Assembly (NCBI GenBank): GCA_963665125.2
Contig: CAXXUK010000001.1
Coordinates: forward strand, 2,400,001 to 2,464,000
Direction of reading: 5' to 3'
DNA: 64,000 nucleotides
From: an uncultured Desulfarculus sp.
Lineage (GTDB): Bacteria > Desulfobacterota > Desulfarculia > Desulfarculales > Desulfarculaceae
In this document: positions 1 through 8,718 of the stretch, one piece after another
Layout: the number at the start of each line of letters is the position of its first letter
How positions within the stretch are numbered: position 1 is the stretch's first letter
Position numbers and translations under genes: made by a program
The notes under the pieces: model-generated
What the model saw: only the letters and a program-made list of their open reading frames with translations
Told to the model about the DNA's origin: nothing
The model's database searches: none

Positions 1-306
1 GCCCTGGTGGCGGCGGGCGACATCTCCGGCAAGATCGCCAAGGACATCTTCCCGGAGATGCTCGAAACGGGCAAGGCGGCGGCGGCCATTGTCGAGGAAA
101 AGGGCCTCAAGCAGGTTTCCGATTCCGGCGAGTTGCAGGCCGTATTGGAAAAAATCATCGCCGACAACCCCGGCGAGGCCGAGGCCTTCAAGGGCGGCAA
201 AAAGAAGCTCATGGGCTTTTTCGTGGGACAGGTCATGAAGGCCACCAAGGGCCAGGCCAACCCCCAGACCGTCAACGAACTGGTCAACAAGCTGCTGGGA
301 GCCTGA
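1..306 (+). CDS. gatB: Asp/Glu-tRNA amidotransferase subunit B, C-terminal part (truncated by window start)
   Basis: GatB/YqeY tail motifs IVEEKGLKQVSD and GFFVGQVMKATKGQANP. Confidence 0.93.
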   Translation, partial: ALVAAGDISGKIAKDIFPEMLETGKAAAAIVEEKGLKQVSDSGELQAVLEKIIADNPGEAEAFKGGKKKLMGFFVGQVMKATKGQANPQTVNELVNKLLGA

Positions 307-307
307 C

Positions 308-1354
308 GTGACGATCCGGCCGATATACTGGGAAGGCGACGCGGTGATGATCTTGGATCAGCGCCTGTTGCCCCACAAATATGAATACATGCCGTGCCGC
401 CAGATGCGCCGGGTGATCTATTGCATCCAGACCCTGGCCGTTCGCGGCGCTCCGGCCATCGGCGTGGCCGCGGGCATGGGCCTGGTCTTGGCCGCCCGGG
501 CCATCAAGGCCAAAAGCCCGGCCAAGTGGCGCTACGCTTTTGCCCAGCGGGCCGAGGTCATGCGCGCCGCCCGGCCCACGGCCGTGAATCTGAGCTGGGC
601 CTGCGACCGCATGATCGGGGTGGCCGCAAAAGCCCCCGATGATATCGATGCCATTTTGAAGGCCCTGTACGACGAAAGCCAAGTCATGCTGATCGAGGAC
701 ATCGAGATCAACAAGGCCATGGGAGCTCACGGGGCCACGGTGGTGCCTGAGGTGGCCACCATCCTGACCCACTGCAACGCCGGGGCTCTGGCCACTGGCG
801 GCTACGGCACGGCCCTGGGCGTGGTGCGGGCGGCCCACGAGGCTGGCAAAAAGGTCAAGGTCATCGCCGACGAGACGCGGCCCCTGTTGCAGGGTGCCCG
901 GCTCACGGCCTGGGAAATGGTCCAGGAGGGCATTCCCGTACAGGTGGCCTGCGACTCCGCCGTCGGTGTAATCATGTCGCGGGGTCTGGTGGACTTGGTG
1001 GTTGTCGGCGCGGACCGCATCGTCATGAACGGCGACGCGGCCAACAAGGTCGGCACCTTCAACGTCGCCTTGCAGGCCCAGCGCCACGGCGTGCCGTTTT
1101 ATGTGGCCGCCCCGTTGTCGACCGTCGATCCCGCGACATTCAAGGGCGAGGACATCCCCATTGAGGAGCGTGATGCTGCCGAGGTTTTAAAGCTCGGCGG
1201 CCGATCCATCGCCGCCCCCGGAGCCGGGGCCATAAACTTTGCTTTCGACGTAACGCCAAACGATCTGATAGCAGGAATAATCACTGAAGTTGGCGTGCTC
1301 AGACCACCATATACCGAGTCTCTGGCCAAGGCCAAGGCCGGGGAAAACAAATAA
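308..1354 (+). CDS. mtnA: S-methyl-5-thioribose-1-phosphate isomerase
   Basis: LDQRLLP, VRGAPAIG, RPTAVNL, THCNAGALAT, ETRPLLQGARLT and GADRI motifs; GTG start 1 nt after the gatB stop. Confidence 0.95.
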   Translation: MTIRPIYWEGDAVMILDQRLLPHKYEYMPCRQMRRVIYCIQTLAVRGAPAIGVAAGMGLVLAARAIKAKSPAKWRYAFAQRAEVMRAARPTAVNLSWACDRMIGVAAKAPDDIDAILKALYDESQVMLIEDIEINKAMGAHGATVVPEVATILTHCNAGALATGGYGTALGVVRAAHEAGKKVKVIADETRPLLQGARLTAWEMVQEGIPVQVACDSAVGVIMSRGLVDLVVVGADRIVMNGDAANKVGTFNVALQAQRHGVPFYVAAPLSTVDPATFKGEDIPIEERDAAEVLKLGGRSIAAPGAGAINFAFDVTPNDLIAGIITEVGVLRPPYTESLAKAKAGENK

Positions 1355-1364
1355 GGAGCGGACC

Positions 1365-2435
1365 ATGGAGATTCGCAAGCAACTGCTGCCCCAGGGGCAA
1401 CTAAAAGCAAAGCCCGCCGACGAAACCGCGCTGGGCTTCGGCAAGATAATGACCGACCATATGATGGTGATGGATTACGAGGACGGCAAGGGCTGGTTCG
1501 ATCCGCGCATCGTGCCCTACGGCCCCTTCAGCATGGATCCCGCATCGCTGGTCTTCCACTATGCCCAGGAAATTTTTGAAGGCCTCAAGGCCTATCGTGG
1601 CGCCGACGGCGGAGTGTACATGTTCCGGCCCATGGAAAACGTGCGCCGCATGAACCGCTCCTGTGAGCGCATGTGCATCCCCGAGCTGCCCGAGGACGTG
1701 GTCATGGAGGCCATGTACGAACTGGTGCGCACCGAGCAGGACTGGATCCCCCGCGCCGAGGGCACCAGCCTCTACGTGCGGCCCACCATCATCGCCACCG
1801 AGGCCTGCCTGGGCGTCAAGGTGTCGAGCAAGTACCTGTTCTACATCATCGTCGGCCCGGTGGGCGCCTATTACCCCGAGGGCTTCAACCCCATCCGCAT
1901 CTGGGTGGAGGAAAACTACGTGCGCGCCGCCGAGGGCGGCACCGGCGCGGTCAAGGCCGGCTGCAACTACGCCGCCAGCCTCAAGGCCGCCCAGGAGGCC
2001 CACGCCATGGGCTTCACCCAGGTATTGTGGCTCAATGCCCGCGACCGCCGCAGCATCGAGGAAGTCGGCACCATGAACATGTTCTTCAAGATCGACGGCG
2101 AGGTCATCACCAGCCCGCTGGACGGCTCGATCCTGCCCGGCGTGACCCGCGACTCAGTGTTGCAGATCTGCCGGGACTGGGGTCTGAAGGTCAGCGAGCG
2201 CCAGCTCAAGATCGACGAAGTGATCCAGGCTGCCGAGGCCGGCAAGCTGGAAGAAGCCTTTGGCACGGGAACCGCCGCGGTGATCAGCCCGGTGGGCTCA
2301 ATCCACTACAAGGGCAAGGACCATGTGGTGGCCGACGGCAACACCGGCGAACTGAGCCTGAAGCTTTATGACGAAATCACCGGCGTTCAGCTGGGCCACA
2401 AGGAAGACAAGTTCAACTGGGTGGTCCGCGTCTAG
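1365..2435 (+). CDS. ilvE: Branched-chain amino acid aminotransferase (PLP fold IV)
   Basis: HYAQEIFEGLKAY, KAGCNYAASL, EEVGTMN, ILPGVTR, GTGTAAVISP; AAGGAG SD before ATG 1365 (the track's 1290 start overlaps mtnA). Confidence 0.93.
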   Translation: MEIRKQLLPQGQLKAKPADETALGFGKIMTDHMMVMDYEDGKGWFDPRIVPYGPFSMDPASLVFHYAQEIFEGLKAYRGADGGVYMFRPMENVRRMNRSCERMCIPELPEDVVMEAMYELVRTEQDWIPRAEGTSLYVRPTIIATEACLGVKVSSKYLFYIIVGPVGAYYPEGFNPIRIWVEENYVRAAEGGTGAVKAGCNYAASLKAAQEAHAMGFTQVLWLNARDRRSIEEVGTMNMFFKIDGEVITSPLDGSILPGVTRDSVLQICRDWGLKVSERQLKIDEVIQAAEAGKLEEAFGTGTAAVISPVGSIHYKGKDHVVADGNTGELSLKLYDEITGVQLGHKEDKFNWVVRV

Positions 2436-2462
2436 CCCGCCCGAAGCCTGATCAGAATAAGC

Positions 2463-2497
2463 AAACGCCCTCTCCGGCAACGGAGGGGGCGTTTTTT
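2463..2497 (+). terminator. Intrinsic terminator, possibly bidirectional
   Basis: Stem AAACGCCCTCTCCG / CGGAGGGGGCGTTT, GCAA loop, T-tract; lies between convergent genes. Confidence 0.85.
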
Positions 2498-2507
2498 ATA
2501 AGGGGCC

Positions 2508-3248
2508 TTACCAGCTGTTAGTACTGTCCAGTGGGGTTGAAATAGGCTTCGATCTTTCTTGTAACCAGGCAATTATCTTACATAATAGTGGCGATATCAG
2601 AAAGTGCCTGCCCTCATCAATTGTGGTGGCGAGGTCAGAATTTTCAACAACCAGCCCACAGTTCTGAAGGCGAAATAGAATCATTTTTATGTCATTTTTT
2701 TGAATAGTTATGATTCTATCAAGGTCATGCCAAGTATGATTCTTTTCCCAATAATATGGCTCGTTATATTCGCCAGCATGCGGCGCTTGAAGATTATAAA
2801 GTCCTACAGCAACCTGCCATTCAACAACTGTCAATTCATTAATAATCTGCAAATACCATTCAGGATCGTAATCAACTCGCGCCCCATTTCTGCAGGCGTT
2901 GCCAACGATATTGGCGAACAAGTCAATCTTTTCTATGTGCCTCGTCTCCGAAGAAAACTTCATTGCCTTAGATAAAAGGTCAAAAAACTCCTCTGTTTCA
3001 AAAAATTCCTTATCTAACTCATTATCCTTTATTGTTGCTATTTTTGCCTCGATACCGGTGAACAGCTCGGTCAACCTCCTCTGAACAATTTTGCTCGCCT
3101 TGGCCCCTATGAACTCCCTGATTATTGGTCCTAAGATGGGCATGGAAACCAATAAAGAATTAATGGCAAAATCAGAGTTAATCGCCTCCACTGCTCTTTC
3201 AAAACCAGCCTCTGTCCCCTTAACTACTTGGTTAACACCCTCGCTCAA
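2508..3248 (-). CDS. Low-GC hypothetical protein, possibly Abi-alpha/DUF4393-like with C-terminal winged helix
   Basis: Long open frame in AT-rich DNA; likely TTG start at 3248 just after the upstream gene's stop; motifs EFFETEEFFDLL, KIDLFANIV, LFRLQNCGLV. Confidence 0.6.
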   Translation of the reverse strand: MSEGVNQVVKGTEAGFERAVEAINSDFAINSLLVSMPILGPIIREFIGAKASKIVQRRLTELFTGIEAKIATIKDNELDKEFFETEEFFDLLSKAMKFSSETRHIEKIDLFANIVGNACRNGARVDYDPEWYLQIINELTVVEWQVAVGLYNLQAPHAGEYNEPYYWEKNHTWHDLDRIITIQKNDIKMILFRLQNCGLVVENSDLATTIDEGRHFLISPLLCKIIAWLQERSKPISTPLDSTNSW

Positions 3249-3252
3249 GGAC

Positions 3253-4161
3253 CTACCCTTCCAAACTGCGTTTGACAATCAGCCCGCAGCAATAATAGAT
3301 ATTGTCGGGAGTGTAGATGGTCAGTTCGCCATGGTAGTAGCGGTCGAACAGCCATCGGGTCAGGTCCTCCGGCGTTGTCCCGTCTTTGTGGCGCTTGCGG
3401 ATATACCTGGCGTCCTCGGCAATGCGCACCGACGAGGTCTGCAAAAACCAGCGGGCGTCACGGCCCCGCCAATATTGCTGATGTCCGGGGCAGAGCAGAT
3501 CCGGTCCCAAATCACTCAGGACTGCCAGTTCCTGCTGGTATTGCATGTAAGAAACGAAAAACATGGGAAAGGCCGGGCCGCCGGCCGTGACGAATCCGGC
3601 CGAGTCGGCGCACAGGGCAGCCCCGAAATCCGGCAGCCAGAACAGCAGCCCGCCCGGCGCGTGCCCGCCGCCGCTGAGCACCTCCACGGGAAGACCGCCC
3701 AGTTCCATTTCATCGCCGGCCTTGATAACGGCCGTCCTGCCGAGCTTGAAACCTTCGGACAATGGCACGGACCCCGCCGGGTCCAGGCCGTCGCGCCGGG
3801 TGATCTCACCCGAGGCATAGGCGTCTTCGGCGGCCAGACGGACGATGGTGCTGGTTTTTTCAAGGGGCTTGAGCGACTCTTGGGAGGCGGTGATCACCGC
3901 ATCGGGCAAACCGGCCGCAAGCCCCGGCAGGCCGCCGATGTGGTCGGCGTGGCCGTGGGTGATCACGATATTATGGACCTCGCGGCGGGGCACGCCCAGG
4001 CTGTCCAGCTGGGCCAGGACCAAAGGCGAGGTGGCGCCGGCCCCGGCCTCCACCAGGGCCGCCCCTGCCGGTCCCCGCACCAAGTAGACGGCCATGTGAT
4101 AGCAGCCCAGCCGCCACAGGCCATCGGCAAGTTGAACCGGCTCGGTCAGCCCACCACCCAT
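3253..4161 (-). CDS. MBL-fold metallo-hydrolase
   Basis: THGHADHIGG, GGHAPG, ADSAG and PGH motifs; start taken at ATG 4161. Confidence 0.88.
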   Translation of the reverse strand: MGGGLTEPVQLADGLWRLGCYHMAVYLVRGPAGAALVEAGAGATSPLVLAQLDSLGVPRREVHNIVITHGHADHIGGLPGLAAGLPDAVITASQESLKPLEKTSTIVRLAAEDAYASGEITRRDGLDPAGSVPLSEGFKLGRTAVIKAGDEMELGGLPVEVLSGGGHAPGGLLFWLPDFGAALCADSAGFVTAGGPAFPMFFVSYMQYQQELAVLSDLGPDLLCPGHQQYWRGRDARWFLQTSSVRIAEDARYIRKRHKDGTTPEDLTRWLFDRYYHGELTIYTPDNIYYCCGLIVKRSLEG

Positions 4162-5081
4162 ACCGCGGCCTCCGAGCAACGAGTTACGACCTTGTCGCTG
4201 ACATGGCCCAGAAAAAATGAGCGGTTTTCACCACGGCGGCCCAGGACCACCGTGCCGTAATCCCCCTTTTTCACCTCGTCGACAATGGCAGCGTTCACAC
4301 TGCGCACGTTTTCGCGGGTCTTGGTCTCGATCTGGTCACTGCTGAGTCCGGCATCCCGCAGAACCTTCACAGCCCGCACATAGAAGTCTTCCATGCACTC
4401 GGAATCACCGCGCATGATATCGCCCTCGATTTCGGTCTCAAGGTTCTGGTCAAAATCCAAGGTGCAGTAGTTTGCCAATGAAGCGCCGACGTGAAACAAG
4501 GTAACCTTGCATTCGGGGTTGCCGCCAAGCATGAAGGCCATATGATCCACGGCCCGCAGTGCGCCCTCGGAGCCGTCAACCGCGCAGAGGACCTTTAGGC
4601 TGCTGATGCGGCCGCCGATTATCCAGACCGGCACGCGTTCGGCGTGTTGCACGATCTTGTTGGTCACGCTGCCCACGAACAGTTCCTGGGCTTTGGACAG
4701 CCCCCGTCGGCCCAGAACCAGGGCGTCGTAAAGGCCCTGTTCGGCCTGGAACAGGACATCGCGGGCCGCGTCGCTGGTCCGGGGAAGGGCCTTGAGTTCT
4801 ATTTTTTCCTCGGCCATGCCGTGGCGCAGCAGGCGTTCCTTGGCCTTTTCCAACACTGCGTCGGCCTGCTGGGTGTTGGTCTTTTGCATGGCCTTGAGGC
4901 GTTTGTAGGCGTTCGGATCGCTGCGCGCCTCTTTGCGCAGATACTGGGGGATGGGATTCATCACGAAAAACAGGGTCACGGTGAGATCCCTGACCATCGC
5001 TCCTTCCATCATGCCCACATAATCCACCGCTCTTTCAGCGGCAGCAGAACCGTCAACAGCAATGAGGACTTTTTTTTCCAA
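4146..5081 (-). CDS. Universal stress protein with two USP domains
   Basis: VLIAVDGS and VLCAVDGS domain starts, two VLGRRG...(V/L)G(S/H)V motifs. Confidence 0.92.
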   Translation of the reverse strand: MEKKVLIAVDGSAAAERAVDYVGMMEGAMVRDLTVTLFFVMNPIPQYLRKEARSDPNAYKRLKAMQKTNTQQADAVLEKAKERLLRHGMAEEKIELKALPRTSDAARDVLFQAEQGLYDALVLGRRGLSKAQELFVGSVTNKIVQHAERVPVWIIGGRISSLKVLCAVDGSEGALRAVDHMAFMLGGNPECKVTLFHVGASLANYCTLDFDQNLETEIEGDIMRGDSECMEDFYVRAVKVLRDAGLSSDQIETKTRENVRSVNAAIVDEVKKGDYGTVVLGRRGENRSFFLGHVSDKVVTRCSEAAVWVVG

Positions 5082-5096
5082 TGCCTTCTCCCCGGT

Positions 5097-5378
5097 TTAG
5101 GCGATTCCCAACAGCGCCCGGTTGATTCGGGCCTTCAGCGTCTGAACTTCGGTGATGATCTCCATTTTGCGCTGCTTCAATCGATATATTTCTCCGGCGA
5201 ACGTACCCTCGCCGCCCACCTCCCGCTCAATCAGATCCTTGGCCTTGGCCTCCACCAATATCTTCTCGGCCTCAAGCTTTTCTATCTCCAACTCGCACTT
5301 GGCAATGCCGCTACGCACCTCCGGGTCATCCAGGGGATTGGCAGGTATGAAGCTGGGTTTACAATCATCGCCGCTCAT
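5097..5378 (-). CDS. Small coiled-coil hypothetical protein
   Basis: 93-aa ORF with ATGA overlap to the upstream gene; helical charged composition. Confidence 0.7.
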   Translation of the reverse strand: MSGDDCKPSFIPANPLDDPEVRSGIAKCELEIEKLEAEKILVEAKAKDLIEREVGGEGTFAGEIYRLKQRKMEIITEVQTLKARINRALLGIA

Positions 5379-5959
5379 TGTTTGCTCCGATGGCCGGACG
5401 CGATGGCCAGGCCCATGCAGTGTTGAATGTTACAATCTTCAAGGCCCCTGAGCCTGGCGTCAAGACAATCCAACAGGCCCACCAAATCATAGGGGTTTTT
5501 AATTTCGTCCTTGCCTTGCTCGGCCACCCGCCCTCGCCAGTCGAAATCCAGGAAAATCAGGCCCGCCAGCCCCCTGCGCCAATCGGCCTCGGGATCGGGA
5601 CGGTCCGAAGTCAAAAGCGTTTCCCTGGATTTTGCCATCAAGGCCGACAGGCCGGCGACGAGCTTTTCGATCTCCGGCCGCCGCTGCGGATCGCTGCGGG
5701 CTATATCGCGGATTATGTCCTCAATGCCCAGAAAATAAGGTTCCAGGGCCATGGCGTAGTAATAAAGCCTCAGGCGCTCTAGCATGGACAAATCATCGGC
5801 CCGGCGCACCAACTCGGCGGTGCTCAGCCTGCCCGAACGGGCCTTGCCGATAAGTTCGTCCTCCACCCCGGCCGGGGCTTCAAGGCTTTCAGCGGCCCCG
5901 ACGGGGACCGGCGTCAGCACCATGGCCGCCAGCAATGCGGCAATCAATCGCCCATACAT
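5375..5959 (-). CDS. Exported hypothetical protein
   Basis: N-terminal signal peptide MYGRLIAALLAAMVLTPVPVGA; coupled to the next gene. Confidence 0.7.
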   Translation of the reverse strand: MYGRLIAALLAAMVLTPVPVGAAESLEAPAGVEDELIGKARSGRLSTAELVRRADDLSMLERLRLYYYAMALEPYFLGIEDIIRDIARSDPQRRPEIEKLVAGLSALMAKSRETLLTSDRPDPEADWRRGLAGLIFLDFDWRGRVAEQGKDEIKNPYDLVGLLDCLDARLRGLEDCNIQHCMGLAIASGHRSKQ

Positions 5960-5987
5960 AGGCTATAGTTTATCAAGATGACCCTTC

Positions 5988-6024
5988 AAAGCAAAGCGCC
6001 CCGCCGCACATTGCGGTGGGGCGC
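5988..6024 (-). terminator. Terminator hairpin after paaK
   Basis: 13-bp GC stem 5996-6008 / 6012-6024 followed by TTTGCTTT on the minus strand. Confidence 0.65.
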
Positions 6025-6044
6025 CAGACAACAACACGGAGAAA

Positions 6045-7346
6045 TTACAACTTGCGGGCGTCGAAAACGCGCTTGGCCTTGCCCTCGGAACGCTCGATGC
6101 TCTTGGGCGGCACCAGGCGAACCTTGACGCCGATGCCGATGGTGCCACGGATCTTGCTCTCGATCTGCTTTTCCAGGGCCTGCAGGACCTGTTCGCCCTG
6201 CTCGTACACCTCGGGCTTGGCCTCCACATCGCAGCTCAGGGCGTCCAGGTAGCCCTTCTTGCGGATGATCAGCACGTACTGGGGAGCCACCTCGGGCACC
6301 TCCAGGAGGATCGACTCGATCTGGCTGGGGAAGACGTTGACGCCGCTGATGATCAGCATGTCGTCGCTGCGGCCCAGAACCTTCTTCATCTTCAACAAAG
6401 TGCGGCCGCAGGCGCATTTTTCCCGCTTGAGCTCGGTGATGTCCCTGGTGCGATAGCGAATCAGGGGCATTGCCCGGCGCTGAATGGCCGTGAAGACCAG
6501 CTCGCCCTTTTCACCCAGGGGCAAGACCTCTTCGGTGACCGGGTCTATGACCTCGGCCAGGACCATGTCCTCGTTGATGTGCATGTAGCCGTCCTGGACC
6601 TCGCAGTCGAAGCTTACGCTGGGGCCCATCAGCTCGGTGAGGCCGTAGACCTCCTGGGCCTTGATGCCCATGCGCTGCTCGATCTCCATGCGCATCTCCG
6701 GAGTCCACGGCTCGGCGCCGAAGATGCCCACCCGCAGGGGCAATTCGCGGATGTCCACGCCCATGTCGGCTGCCTTTTCGGCAATGGTCAGGGCATAAGA
6801 CGGCGTGCAGACCAGGCAGGTGGAGCCGAAGTCGCGCATGATGGTGATTTGGCGCTCGGTCATGCCGCTGGAAGTGGGCACGGTGGTGCAGCCCACCTCG
6901 TCGCATCCGCCCTGAAGACCCAGGCCGCCGGTGAACAGGCCGTAGCCATATGCATTTTGAACGATGTCCTTGCTGGTTACTCCCGCCGCGTAGAGGTTGC
7001 GGGCCACGCACTGGCGCCATTGGGCCATGTCGTCGGCGGTGTAGGGGCCGGTGATGGGCTTGCCGGTGGTGCCGCTGGAGGCGTGGATCTTTACGACCTC
7101 TTCCATGGGCACGGCGCACAGACCGAAGGGGTAGTTATCGCGCAGGTCGTTCTTTACGGTGAACGGCAGCTTGGCCAGGTCTTCCAGGCTCTTCACATCC
7201 TGGGGGGCAATGCCCATCTCATCGAACTTTTGTTTATAAAACGGAACTCTTTCATAAACCCAGGCCACCGTTTCCTGAAGTTTCTCAAGTTGCAGGGCCT
7301 GCATCTGTTCCACAGGCATGGCTTCAATTTTTTCATTCCACATCAT
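6045..7346 (-). CDS. paaK: Phenylacetate-CoA ligase family protein
   Basis: HASSGTTGKP, YGYGLFTGGLG, GAEPW, YGLTE, RYRTRD, GRSDDMLI, GKAKRV. Confidence 0.9.
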   Translation of the reverse strand: MMWNEKIEAMPVEQMQALQLEKLQETVAWVYERVPFYKQKFDEMGIAPQDVKSLEDLAKLPFTVKNDLRDNYPFGLCAVPMEEVVKIHASSGTTGKPITGPYTADDMAQWRQCVARNLYAAGVTSKDIVQNAYGYGLFTGGLGLQGGCDEVGCTTVPTSSGMTERQITIMRDFGSTCLVCTPSYALTIAEKAADMGVDIRELPLRVGIFGAEPWTPEMRMEIEQRMGIKAQEVYGLTELMGPSVSFDCEVQDGYMHINEDMVLAEVIDPVTEEVLPLGEKGELVFTAIQRRAMPLIRYRTRDITELKREKCACGRTLLKMKKVLGRSDDMLIISGVNVFPSQIESILLEVPEVAPQYVLIIRKKGYLDALSCDVEAKPEVYEQGEQVLQALEKQIESKIRGTIGIGVKVRLVPPKSIERSEGKAKRVFDARKL

Positions 7347-7468
7347 CGGAAAGGTCTCCTGAAAAAAAATTTAAACGGCCGGGTATTCGGCGCCGACCCG
7401 GCACAGGTGGGTATTATAATTCGATCTTTTTTATCACAAGCATATACCACCTGGCAAGCAATGCGGCA

Positions 7469-7497
7469 TTGCCATAAAGGCCGCCAGTCCATAAAAT
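7469..7497 (+). promoter_or_regulatory. sigma70 promoter; predicted start site coincides with ATG 7504
   Basis: TTGCCA-17 nt-TAAAAT, then 6 nt to the ATG; no SD. Confidence 0.6.
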
Positions 7498-7503
7498 GAA
7501 CAA

Positions 7504-8046
7504 ATGATTAAGGCAATCTCAAATAGCGACCCGCCGATCTGCGCCACATGCCACAACCAAGGCAACGGCTGCTGCCATTTGTCCGCCGAGGGCGTACGAA
7601 TAATGTTCGGCCTGACCACGGGTGAAGTCCGGATAATGGCCGAAGCCTGCGGTCAGGAGCCGGAGCAGTTCACGGTCAACGACGAGGTGGATGATGTCTT
7701 TTTACGGCACATCACCGCCATCCATCCCCTTTTCGGCCAGACCATGCCCCACGGCAAGCGCATCCGACTGAAGGTAGACCAAAGCGGCGCCTGCGTTTTT
7801 CTGGGGCCCCAAGGCTGCACCCTGTCCACCGAGGCCCGGCCCCTGTATTGCCGGTTGTACCCCTTTTGGTTCACACCCGACGGCCGTTTGATGGTGCTGG
7901 GCTCGCCCACCTGCCTGGCCCAGGAAAACGCCCGCAACTGGAAAGAGGTGCTGGCCAGGCTGGCCCAGAATATCGACGAACTAAGGGAAATATTCAACAG
8001 GCTGAGAGAATTGGCCGAGGAGCATGAAAAGGCTCATCAGACATAA
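7504..8046 (+). CDS. YkgJ-family (CxxCxxCC) cysteine-cluster protein
   Basis: CATC...GCC, CVFLGPQGC and RPLYCRLYPF. Confidence 0.88.
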   Translation: MIKAISNSDPPICATCHNQGNGCCHLSAEGVRIMFGLTTGEVRIMAEACGQEPEQFTVNDEVDDVFLRHITAIHPLFGQTMPHGKRIRLKVDQSGACVFLGPQGCTLSTEARPLYCRLYPFWFTPDGRLMVLGSPTCLAQENARNWKEVLARLAQNIDELREIFNRLRELAEEHEKAHQT

Positions 8047-8401
8047 TCTATTTCGGGCAATAACCATTGCCGCCTTTTTGGCCCTTTGCCTGGCCGTACC
8101 GGCCGTTGCGGGCCCGCAACTTCGGATACACGCGCCAAGGTCCGACAGCGCCAAGTGCGGTGACGGATTTTACTGGAATGTCAAGCAGGGCAAGTGCGTA
8201 TCCACCCAAAAGCCTGGCCAGCCATGTTCGTCTGGATCTTATTGGGATTCTAATCTGGGCCGCTGCGTGGGCCACGGCACGGGCGGCAATCCCTGTCCCA
8301 AGGGGTCACACTGGTCTGTCGCAAAAAAGCAATGCGTGCCCAACACCTGCCCCAATGGCTTTTACTGGAACAATGTCAAAGGACACTGCACGCCATTTTA
8401 A
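8024..8401 (+). CDS. Secreted Cys/Trp-repeat protein
   Basis: Signal peptide ending AVA, then four C-x2-G-x2-W-x6-C units. Confidence 0.75.
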   Translation: MKRLIRHNLFRAITIAAFLALCLAVPAVAGPQLRIHAPRSDSAKCGDGFYWNVKQGKCVSTQKPGQPCSSGSYWDSNLGRCVGHGTGGNPCPKGSHWSVAKKQCVPNTCPNGFYWNNVKGHCTPF

Positions 8402-8709
8402 CCGCTGAAATTCTCTTGCCAGCAAACGTGGGCCAGCCAGGCCTCCCTGGCCGCATCCTTCCAGGCCCACCACTTCAGCAACTCCGGCTCCGGATTTTCG
8501 GTTGAGGCAAAATAAACGGCGCAACGAAAGACATAGAGAACGCAACGGTCCTGATGAACGCCGGTGCGGGCGCAGAGTTGATTATACATCCGGGTGGGGT
8601 GAAGGCCGCGCAGGTCCGGCACCCGGTCAAACCCTAGGCTGCGCAGGTCGGCGGCCAGGGAAGGCCCCACGCCGGGGATGTCTTGCAAATCATTTTTATC
8701 CGGGGCCAT
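8398..8709 (-). CDS. Helix-hairpin-helix protein, Cdd1/'pathogenicity locus' family
   Basis: LQDIPGVGPSLAADL, DRCVLYVFRCAVY, LLKWWAWKD. Confidence 0.85.
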   Translation of the reverse strand: MAPDKNDLQDIPGVGPSLAADLRSLGFDRVPDLRGLHPTRMYNQLCARTGVHQDRCVLYVFRCAVYFASTENPEPELLKWWAWKDAAREAWLAHVCWQENFSG

Positions 8710-8718
8710 CTGCCGTGG

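Noticed and set aside
3091..4260. 389-aa plus-strand ORF spanning the low-GC gene and the MBL gene
   Set aside because: It is antisense to two better-supported genes and has no motifs.
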